Shown here: one piece after another, positions 1-6,683 of the stretch | Position numbering within the stretch: the stretch's first letter is position 1 | Layout: every line of letters starts with the position of its first letter | From: a virus | Reading direction: 5' to 3' (one strand) | Length of the DNA stretch: 24,289 nt | Virus record (IMG/VR): IMGVR_UViG_3300028602_001425 | Location: 1-24,289 of that record | Notes under the pieces: model-generated | Told to the model about the DNA's origin: nothing | The model's input: the letters and a program-made list of their open reading frames with translations, nothing else | The model's database searches: none | Position numbers and translations under genes: made by a program

Positions 1-2
1 TT

Positions 3-173
3 GAATATGAAATATACAAAAATGAACATTTAGCACCATCAGAGTATTATCAAGAGGGGAAAACATGTTTCTGGCATTTGAGAAGACATCTTAAATTCGA
101 GACACCTATCTCTTACAAACCACCAAGAGGCGCGGTTGTGTGGTCGATTTTTGAACTTCCAGAGGATAAATGA
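3..173 (+). CDS. C-terminal fragment of an ASCH/PUA-like domain protein (5' truncated by window)
   Basis: Frame 3 is open from base 3: EYEIYKNEHLAPSEYYQEGKTCFWHLRRHLKFETPISYKPPRGAVVWSIFELPEDK*. The W-x-L...P-I-x-Y-K-x-P-x-G-A-V-V-W tail resembles ASCH C-termini. ATGA overlap with the next gene. Not in the ORF track. Confidence 0.5.
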   Translation, partial: EYEIYKNEHLAPSEYYQEGKTCFWHLRRHLKFETPISYKPPRGAVVWSIFELPEDK

Positions 174-511
174 ACGGTAAACAACACGAAGCCCTTAACT
201 TCTATGCCCTCTTTCCTACTCTCTTTTTATTAGGGTATTACAGAGCGTCTATTATATTCTCAATTCTTTTTGTTTTAAAATGGATCTGGAATACTTACTA
301 TTTCACGCCTGATGTAGACACCCATTCAAGAGCAACAAAAAGGTTGGGCGCGATTGGTTGGATTATAAACAAAATCTTCGGACATCGTAAGACCTTGCAT
401 AATCCATTTTTCTGGATAGTTCTCTTTGGAATTGAATATTATTTCTTAGGTGCTTGGGTGTTGGGTGGAGTGTTCCCAGTGGCTTCACATCTTGTCACAG
501 ATAAGCTTTAA
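170..511 (+). CDS. Membrane metal-binding protein, DUF2227/YdjM-like putative hydrolase
   Basis: Hydrophobic helices with N-terminal His, TPDVD, GHRxxLH and SHLxxD motifs typical of this superfamily. Confidence 0.7.
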   Translation: MNGKQHEALNFYALFPTLFLLGYYRASIIFSILFVLKWIWNTYYFTPDVDTHSRATKRLGAIGWIINKIFGHRKTLHNPFFWIVLFGIEYYFLGAWVLGGVFPVASHLVTDKL

Positions 512-647
512 TTCACACCATCAATGGGATTGCATTAGGCTTGTATAGATCGTTGAATGTCGGGGCTTAGAATTAGTTAGATTTTGTACCGTTATTAACT
601 TTTGATTAATTTCTATTTTTTACATATTCAGAATATTATACAGTTAA

Positions 648-655
648 TTTTATAA
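648..655 (+). promoter_or_regulatory. Probable TATA box of the late head-tail operon (leaderless transcript)
   Basis: TTTTATAA ends 26 nt before ATG 681, which has no Shine-Dalgarno; AT-rich intergenic region. Confidence 0.5.
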
Positions 656-680
656 CAGTTAACAGCGTTAACAATTATAA

Positions 681-1673
681 ATGACTCTTTTTATTGAGGG
701 CAATGTCTACCCCATAAATCAAAAAAACGTTAACAATTGGGGTCTGAAAGACTCAGAAACAGACAACGCTATCAACTCTCTTAAATCGTCTGTTGTTCGT
801 ATATGCTCCCGCGAAAGTCCTCACGGTTGCGATATCACAGAAGACCCAAAAGCGGAAATCGGGCGCGTAATGGATGCCTGGCAGGACGGCAACCACATCA
901 AAGCGAAAGTTGCCATTACTGATTCGATCGCCTCTCAAAAAATTTCAGATGGTACATGGAATAATACTTGGAGCATCTACGGAAAAGCTGCAAGCGTAAC
1001 CGACGGATGGGCTACTAATTTTAATGCACGTTCTTTAACACTCGTTCAGAACCCCGCATGGGCCGACGCTTCCTGGGAAGTTGCAGCTTCAGAGGGAGGA
1101 GAAACAGGACTGAAAACGTTTTCTGAATTTACGATTATAACAGCCTCACAAAATACACAAGGTGGTCATATGACAGCCGAACTAGAAACAAAAATCAAAG
1201 AACTGGAAAAACAGCTTGCCGCGAGTGAAGCGACAATACAGGAACTTACTCCAAAAATTGAACCTCTGGAAACTCAGATAGAAGAACTGACAGCCAGCAA
1301 AGCGACTCTTGAAAAAGAGCTAAGTGAAAAAGTGTCACTCATTGCATCTTTTGAGAAAGAAAAAGCAGGCAGCGTACCGATGGAAACCGTAAAAACATTG
1401 ATTGCCTCCGCAATTGCAGACCACGACGCTGAAAAAGCCAAGGAAACCGAAAGGGAAACAGCATTCAAGGCTTTTGCAAGTGCCCGCGAGAAAGTCGGAC
1501 TTGAGACTAAACCAGAAGACTATAAGAGTCTTGCAGCTTCCGATCTCTCAAAACTCGCTGAAGAGTTTTCAGGTGTGGAGCTTTCCGCAGGGGCTCAGTA
1601 TCCTGCAACACCAACCGGGACAAATACGGCATGTACGGGCGCATATAACGCCAAAACAGGAGCGTGGGAGTAA
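681..1673 (+). CDS. Prohead maturation protease fused to coiled-coil scaffold (330 aa)
   Basis: N-terminal ~135 aa with candidate catalytic His48 (SPHG) and Ser98 (WSIYG), plus LVQNPAWADA resembling HK97/assemblin-fold proteases; C-terminal half is an E/K/A-rich heptad coiled coil; lies upstream of cement and MCP. Confidence 0.85.
   Translation: MTLFIEGNVYPINQKNVNNWGLKDSETDNAINSLKSSVVRICSRESPHGCDITEDPKAEIGRVMDAWQDGNHIKAKVAITDSIASQKISDGTWNNTWSIYGKAASVTDGWATNFNARSLTLVQNPAWADASWEVAASEGGETGLKTFSEFTIITASQNTQGGHMTAELETKIKELEKQLAASEATIQELTPKIEPLETQIEELTASKATLEKELSEKVSLIASFEKEKAGSVPMETVKTLIASAIADHDAEKAKETERETAFKAFASAREKVGLETKPEDYKSLAASDLSKLAEEFSGVELSAGAQYPATPTGTNTACTGAYNAKTGAWE
1170..1673 (+). CDS. 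Probable nested in-frame scaffold protein (167 aa) from internal start Met164
   Basis: AAGGTGGTCAT-ATG: AGGTG Shine-Dalgarno 5 nt before an in-frame ATG at the start of the coiled coil, with spacing like other genes in the operon. Confidence 0.6.
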   Translation: MTAELETKIKELEKQLAASEATIQELTPKIEPLETQIEELTASKATLEKELSEKVSLIASFEKEKAGSVPMETVKTLIASAIADHDAEKAKETERETAFKAFASAREKVGLETKPEDYKSLAASDLSKLAEEFSGVELSAGAQYPATPTGTNTACTGAYNAKTGAWE

Positions 1674-2206
1674 TGTCAAATCTAGGACTCAGGAAACCAA
1701 CAAACAAAATTGTAGCTGCCGGTAAACCCCTTGTCATGGAGCTTAACGTCGAAACAGCTACAAACATGTACCCAGGACGGCTCGTAATCAAGGGCTCAAA
1801 CGATAATGATATCAAAGTTTGTGGAGCAGCCGGGATCTCTGTCGGATGGCTCGGATACGAACAGGTAACAAATGCGGGATTCATGCCGACGGACGTGAAC
1901 ACCATCTATGCAGCAGGGGCACAGGCTCCGGTTTTGTATGGTGGCGGTTTTGTCGTTGTTGCATCACTTGCTGATAGCAATACCATTGTAAAAGGTGACC
2001 GGCTCGTAGCCGCCGCAAACGGGGAAGTATCAAAAGCAGCCGCAGCAGCCACAAAAGCGGGAAATACAGAAGTAAAAAGTTCTGCCACCCCTGCTCCTAT
2101 TTCTGGTACTGTCCCAGAGGGCGGTATTGTCGTAGGTATCGCAATGGAATCAGTGACAACCGGAGCCGGTGTCTCTGCTGACCTGATGGTCCTGAGCCTG
2201 ATCTAA
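1673..2206 (+). CDS. Capsid cement/decoration protein (DUF2190-like), 177 aa
   Basis: Gly/Ala/Val-rich with PGRLV...GWLGYE...KGDRLVAAANGEV pattern; between scaffold and MCP. Start moved to ATG 1673 (TAATG coupling) rather than GTG 1664. Confidence 0.75.
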   Translation: MSNLGLRKPTNKIVAAGKPLVMELNVETATNMYPGRLVIKGSNDNDIKVCGAAGISVGWLGYEQVTNAGFMPTDVNTIYAAGAQAPVLYGGGFVVVASLADSNTIVKGDRLVAAANGEVSKAAAAATKAGNTEVKSSATPAPISGTVPEGGIVVGIAMESVTTGAGVSADLMVLSLI

Positions 2207-2219
2207 GGAGGCTAAAAAC

Positions 2220-3095
2220 ATGACAAATGCACTTGCAACTTTTTCCAAAAAGGTAGAATCACAGCTTGTAGATCCGCTCAGGCAGGTCAATATCGGGCGC
2301 AAACTCGTTTATGTTACTCCTGCGCAGGGATTCGGGATTTCCAGCGTAGACTGGGGAAAAATCACCGAAATGTCCGAAGGGTATGTCTCCTACGGGTTCA
2401 CAGATGGAAACGAGGACATAATTGATGTCACTTTGGCAAATTCCAAAGTCCCCGTCTACTGGAAAGATTACAAAGTCCCCCGTAGGATGTACGAATCTTG
2501 GAAAGTAAACGGTACGGATATAGACTCAGCAGCCGCACTTTCCGCAGGATATAGACAGGTATCCGCAGAAGACCTTGCTATTATACAGGGCGTAAGCAAC
2601 GACGGTTCAAACTACGACATCAACGGATTGTATCAGGGCGCAGGGAACAACTGTGCGACCGCTCTCGATTTCGGCACTTGGGGAAATGCCATAAAAGCCG
2701 TAGCAGGAGGGAAAACCCTAATGGCAGAAGATGGAGTCCCCGCTTACAATATGCCTCTTAACATGGTCCTCCCTGCAACTCAGTACGGGGAACTCGAAGC
2801 AAGTGTCCATCCAGAATCGGGCGCACTCGAAATGCCCATAGTTGAACGGATGCTAAATGGTGGGAAAGTGTACGCTGCCCCTGAAACCGTCCTCCCTGCT
2901 GACGGCGGGCTTCTCCTGCCAACTCCCTCAGCCGGAAGACCATACTTTGATTTTTACCTGACTCAGAATTACACAGTTGAACATGGTTTCAATAGTGAGC
3001 ACCCGGACACAGGAGATCTGACCGGCAGAGTTTATTCAGCCGGAATTCTGAGAATCAAACACAATGTAGCAATTTGCAAACTGAGCGGGATCTAA
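2220..3095 (+). CDS. Major capsid protein, HK97 fold, encapsulin/Linocin-M18 (DUF2184)-like, 291 aa
   Basis: AAGGAGG RBS; N-terminus KKVESQLVDPLRQVNIGRKL, mid-region VPVYWKDYKVPRR and EDLAIIQG typical of encapsulin-like capsids; position in head module. Confidence 0.9.
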   Translation: MTNALATFSKKVESQLVDPLRQVNIGRKLVYVTPAQGFGISSVDWGKITEMSEGYVSYGFTDGNEDIIDVTLANSKVPVYWKDYKVPRRMYESWKVNGTDIDSAAALSAGYRQVSAEDLAIIQGVSNDGSNYDINGLYQGAGNNCATALDFGTWGNAIKAVAGGKTLMAEDGVPAYNMPLNMVLPATQYGELEASVHPESGALEMPIVERMLNGGKVYAAPETVLPADGGLLLPTPSAGRPYFDFYLTQNYTVEHGFNSEHPDTGDLTGRVYSAGILRIKHNVAICKLSGI

Positions 3096-3250
3096 TGACA
3101 AAAGAAGGAACGGTTAAGGTTCAGGTGAAGGTTTCTCACCTTGCTATTGACCTTATCCCAGGAAAGCCGGAAATCTACAAAAAAGGACAGGTTTTTGAAT
3201 GCCCGGAAGAACGGGCTAAGAAACTAGGAAACTCTGTGAAGATAGTTTAA
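3095..3250 (+). CDS. Small head-associated protein (51 aa) downstream of MCP
   Basis: MTKEGTVKVQVKVSHLAIDLIPGKPEIYKKGQVFECPEERAKKLGNSVKIV; TAATG overlap with the MCP stop; fills the gap exactly; Y-x-x-G-x-x-F-E...A-x-x-L pattern seen in small post-capsid proteins. Missed by the ORF track. Confidence 0.7.
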   Translation: MTKEGTVKVQVKVSHLAIDLIPGKPEIYKKGQVFECPEERAKKLGNSVKIV

Positions 3251-3260
3251 GGTGCGTTAA

Positions 3261-3653
3261 ATGGCTCTGTGTTCGGTTGCTGATGTTCGAGCGTTCGCTT
3301 CTCCAGCAAGCGTTTCCGATGCGGATATCACTGCAATTATAGCTCTTGTATCTGATGAGATTGCAGCAAAATCAGGAGGAAGCGCAAGCTCAACAGATAC
3401 TAATCTAAAATTTGCCGGGATACACGCTTCTGTCGCAGCAGTATTAAAAAAGGCGAGAAGTAATGGAGAATTAGCCGCCTCCGTGAGTTCTGGAAACTAT
3501 TCTCAATCAAACACAGGACTGATTAGCGAAATCAAAGAACACGAGGATGCAGCAGACACTTACATACGGAAATATCTGTATGTGTCTATGGCTTCCTTCG
3601 CGATTCCCTACGGACGGGTAGGGCGCGGAACAGTGAACGCGGAGCTTGAATAA
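3261..3653 (+). CDS. Head-tail connector (adaptor) protein
   Basis: N-terminal CSVADVRA motif, helical ~130 aa, first neck position; AAGGTG RBS. Confidence 0.75.
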   Translation: MALCSVADVRAFASPASVSDADITAIIALVSDEIAAKSGGSASSTDTNLKFAGIHASVAAVLKKARSNGELAASVSSGNYSQSNTGLISEIKEHEDAADTYIRKYLYVSMASFAIPYGRVGRGTVNAELE

Positions 3654-3752
3654 TAATGCATGAAGATGAGGGCAGCAATGCCACTACCCCCGGACAACTC
3701 ACCCCGGACACCCCATATATAGAATTCTCAATGTCCGGGGGAATTCCATTTT

Positions 3753-4052
3753 TTGATATTTCCGAAACGGGAAGGTGATGGTACGGCGGTAGGGCAGTCC
3801 CCGGCTTATGTTTTACGGGGAGAATGTGAAAAAAACCGAGAAGTTACTAAATGCGACCTAAAAGAGTTAATAATCCAGGAGCGAGAGGACCGGAAAGAGG
3901 GCGAAAAAGAATTGAAAACCGAAATCAGTAAAGGGCTTGAGGACGTTCAAAATGAATTATGCTCTGTTAGAACTGCTTTGTTAGGGCTTGCAGTATCTAT
4001 TACTATCGCCATCATTGTTGCAATTTTAGAGTTTGTCCTAGGAAAGTTTTAA
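3753..4052 (+). CDS. Coiled-coil protein with C-terminal transmembrane helix (XhlA/holin-like); start uncertain (TTG)
   Basis: Charged heptads followed by ALLGLAVSITIAIIVAILEFVL; GGGGG 12-16 nt upstream of TTG; the frame is open only from 3723. Confidence 0.65.
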   Translation: MIFPKREGDGTAVGQSPAYVLRGECEKNREVTKCDLKELIIQEREDRKEGEKELKTEISKGLEDVQNELCSVRTALLGLAVSITIAIIVAILEFVLGKF

Positions 4053-4054
4053 AA

Positions 4055-4372
4055 ATGTATTTTCCAGCATCAGTAACCATAGCAAGAAACGTATCTAAAA
4101 ATGCTCATCATGTTGTTAGCTATGGGACTCCTGCCACACTTACCTGTAAATATCAGGAAGTCAGCCAGAAAATAATCAATAATAATAATCAAGAAGTTGT
4201 CGCCTCTGCCTGGCTCATGTTCCCGGCTGGTACTTCAATCGGATACGACGATAAAATAACACTTCCGTCCGGGGCTACTCCGTTCATAGCCTCTATAGCA
4301 ACGATTCGGGACCACATGAACCGAGCCGTTTGTGTTGAAGTCTATCTCTCCAAATCAGGAGGGGGATTATAA
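4055..4372 (+). CDS. Head closure (stopper) protein
   Basis: Beta-rich 105 aa with YGTPATLTCKYQ...IGYDDKITLP...VEVYL pattern; second neck position. Confidence 0.75.
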   Translation: MYFPASVTIARNVSKNAHHVVSYGTPATLTCKYQEVSQKIINNNNQEVVASAWLMFPAGTSIGYDDKITLPSGATPFIASIATIRDHMNRAVCVEVYLSKSGGGL

Positions 4373-4725
4373 TGCCGGGGTCTGCCGCTTGTCTTGCGAA
4401 ACTCGCATTAACTCAGGCACACTTTGAAAAATTGGGCAGGCAGGGTATCAAGGACTGGTCGAATGAAGTTCTTAGAGAGTCCCAAATGAAATATTGTCCG
4501 GTCGATACCGGGGCTCTTAGGCGATCAGGGCGCGCCTTTGTGATGAAAAATACAATTACAGAATTTTATATGAGAATTTCCTATGTTATGAACTATGCGG
4601 CTGCCGTTCACGAAATCCCAATGAGTCATAACGTTGGGAGCATGAAATATTTAGCTACTCCTTTTAATCTGATGTCTTACAAACTCATTAAAAAACTAGA
4701 GGCTGAAATGAAGGGAGCATTATGA
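4372..4725 (+). CDS. HK97 gp10-like tail completion/neck protein
   Basis: CPVDTGALRRSG, YAAAVHE and KYLATP motifs. Confidence 0.85.
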   Translation: MPGSAACLAKLALTQAHFEKLGRQGIKDWSNEVLRESQMKYCPVDTGALRRSGRAFVMKNTITEFYMRISYVMNYAAAVHEIPMSHNVGSMKYLATPFNLMSYKLIKKLEAEMKGAL

Positions 4726-5105
4726 GTCTTCCGGCATGGCTTGACGATATCGGGACATATCTGCAAACGTCAGGCATCGGCACTCTAGGAACTGATATTT
4801 TTTATCATGGTTTTGATGCTCTTACACCTAACTGCATAGCTCTGTTCGATCAGGCAGGACAACAGGCAGACGGAGACCTACACAAGCCTATGCTTGGCGT
4901 TCTTGTTCGGAATTCGGCAGATACTACCGCCGAATCGAAAGCAAGAGCAATTTATACTTTACTTAATTTAAAAGTTAATACTGTCATGGGGAGCACACAT
5001 ATAAAACGTATTGAAGCTGTAGCGGCTCCCTTTTTTGTTTCAAACTCTGCTAATAATCTATTCATCTATTCAATTAATTTTGAAGTTCACATAAACGGAG
5101 CCTAA
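4722..5105 (+). CDS. Tail terminator protein
   Basis: DIGTYLQTSGIG...DIF...VLVR...YSINFEV pattern; directly upstream of tail tube; ATGA overlap. Confidence 0.75.
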   Translation: MSLPAWLDDIGTYLQTSGIGTLGTDIFYHGFDALTPNCIALFDQAGQQADGDLHKPMLGVLVRNSADTTAESKARAIYTLLNLKVNTVMGSTHIKRIEAVAAPFFVSNSANNLFIYSINFEVHINGA

Positions 5106-5109
5106 AAAA

Positions 5110-5847
5110 ATGACGGACCATATTGACACACTAGGAACAATTGTAACAATTGATGGGATTACCATACACGGTATCGACATCGACACTATCCCGATCCCTG
5201 ACGGGGACACGGGTGACAAAAACACTTCAACTCTTGATTCAGGGACTACAATGGATAAGGGTCTTGGGATGTTTGACCCCGGAAGCGCTGAAATTACCGG
5301 GATAAAAATATCGGGAGATGCCGGACAGGCTGCATTAGTCGAGGCTTACGGAGACAGGGTTCTGCACACGTTTCAGGTCAATGTAGTCGATGCCGGGGAA
5401 GTATACGAATATCAGGGTTATGTCACAAAATTTAATCCCGGAAGCGCGGATAACACTTACAAATTCTCATCAAAGATTCTTGCATCTGGGGCTTTCAGTC
5501 TTTCGACTACCTACGCGGGCATTGACTCAATAGGGGGAGCCGGGGACGGAATTGCTTACTCTCCTGCAACTGCAAATACAGAACTTCCTTCAACTGCAAA
5601 TGATGTCATTTTCAAAGAGGCAACAGATACAACCACTGATACCGTAAAAGTGACAGCCTCTTTAGCCTCGTATATCGGCATTTCATACAATAATGGATCA
5701 ACCTGGAATACCCTCACTAGTGGGACCGCAACCGACGTGCCTGAAGCAAACTGGCCAGCCACCGGAGAACTTACGAAAGCTCTTATCAAAGTTAAGGAAA
5801 CGGGCAAAGCAACCCGATTTGTGAACCTGTTCATAGCAAGGGCTTAA
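5110..5847 (+). CDS. Major tail tube protein (lambda gpV-like) with C-terminal Ig/cadherin-like domain
   Basis: TSTLDS...GLGMFDPGSAEITG...GDAGQ...YEYQGYVTKF motifs in aa 1-130; aa ~140-245 Thr-rich beta-sandwich. Confidence 0.85.
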   Translation: MTDHIDTLGTIVTIDGITIHGIDIDTIPIPDGDTGDKNTSTLDSGTTMDKGLGMFDPGSAEITGIKISGDAGQAALVEAYGDRVLHTFQVNVVDAGEVYEYQGYVTKFNPGSADNTYKFSSKILASGAFSLSTTYAGIDSIGGAGDGIAYSPATANTELPSTANDVIFKEATDTTTDTVKVTASLASYIGISYNNGSTWNTLTSGTATDVPEANWPATGELTKALIKVKETGKATRFVNLFIARA

Positions 5848-5856
5848 GGTGGTCTT

Positions 5857-6315
5857 GTGGTAGGTCGAGAAGTTGAGATCCTCCCCGGAAAAGAACTTCT
5901 TTTTACGTGGCGGGGAAAAAGGAAACTGTTTGAGCTTGTCGGAGCCAGTACCGAAAATCAGTTTGCCATCAAAATGGGAGAGCTTGCCAAAACGGATAAG
6001 CTAGATGATGAACTTTTTGGAAAAATGTACTGTATAGGTCTGAACTGGAAGAGAGGCGGGCCTGTAATCTCCCAGGAAGAAACCGAGGATATCATAGAAG
6101 AATTCTGCCAGATAAACGGATACGGAAGCAATGAAGTAAGAGATAAGTTAATTGACGCTTTCTGTGAGTCTGGAATTTATGACAAGTCAGTTATCCAGGC
6201 AAGCAGAAAACTCCGTGAACAAATGACAGAAGATAAAGTCATTGAACTTTCAAAAATGGACAAAGGGGGGTCTGATACGGGGGAAGCTGGGCAGACCTCG
6301 ACATTGACCTCTTAA
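5857..6315 (+). CDS. Tail assembly chaperone (gpG-like)
   Basis: GTG start with AAGGTGG RBS; between tail tube and tape measure; acidic helical protein. Confidence 0.8.
   Translation: MVGREVEILPGKELLFTWRGKRKLFELVGASTENQFAIKMGELAKTDKLDDELFGKMYCIGLNWKRGGPVISQEETEDIIEEFCQINGYGSNEVRDKLIDAFCESGIYDKSVIQASRKLREQMTEDKVIELSKMDKGGSDTGEAGQTSTLTS
6279..6285 (+). other. Predicted -1 ribosomal frameshift site G GGG GAA
   Basis: The -1 frame is open from 6276 (after TGA 6273-6275) to 6671; this G5AA run is the only slippery candidate before the 0-frame stop at 6313-6315. Confidence 0.75.
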
Positions 6316-6671
6316 TTGACAGAGTTCAAAGACTACTATATCAACTGTGTAATATTACTCCTAATGATTTTTGGGATTTCACGCAAGCGGAAACGGCACA
6401 GATGATTGAGGTTAAGATTCAAGATCGAGAGGCACAGGACAAAATAGAGTATATCCGGCGGGCAGATTTGAAAAGTACGATAATGAATACATCATTAGGC
6501 CCGTACCTGAAAAAGGGTGAAAAGTTCCCCTACACACTCTATAATTTTATTGACAAAGAATATATCCCTCATCCTCCAAAACATGAATACACCCCCCAAG
6601 AACAAGCAAAACGTGTATCCGAGGCAGGGCGGGCGCTTGCTCAGAAATGTGAACAGCATAAAAGAAGATAA
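6282..6671 (+). CDS. Tail assembly chaperone frameshift extension (gpT-like); fused G-T product ~271 aa
   Basis: The -1 frame reads GSWADLDIDLLIDRVQRLLYQLCNITPNDFWDFTQAETAQMIEV...; the P-x-x-F-W-x-x-T-x-x-E motif lies upstream of the track's ATG 6402, which lacks an RBS. Confidence 0.75.
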   Translation, partial: GSWADLDIDLLIDRVQRLLYQLCNITPNDFWDFTQAETAQMIEVKIQDREAQDKIEYIRRADLKSTIMNTSLGPYLKKGEKFPYTLYNFIDKEYIPHPPKHEYTPQEQAKRVSEAGRALAQKCEQHKRR

Positions 6672-6683
6672 AGGCGGCTAAAA

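Noticed and set aside
2220-3095. Cellular encapsulin nanocompartment operon
   Set aside because: No cargo enzyme; flanked by protease-scaffold, neck and tail genes.
3020-3250. -1 frameshift extending the MCP into the 51-aa ORF
   Set aside because: The -1 frame is open but has no slippery heptamer; TAATG coupling explains the arrangement.
3656-3778. 40-codon ORF, or a +1 frameshift fusing it to the membrane protein
   Set aside because: Weak RBS and no canonical slippery site in the required direction; kept only as context for the RNA-structure finding.
3778-3861. ATG 3778 frame with in-frame TAG as a possible pyrrolysine read-through gene
   Set aside because: Read-through gives only 27 aa with no recognisable features; the SD-like sequence abuts the ATG.
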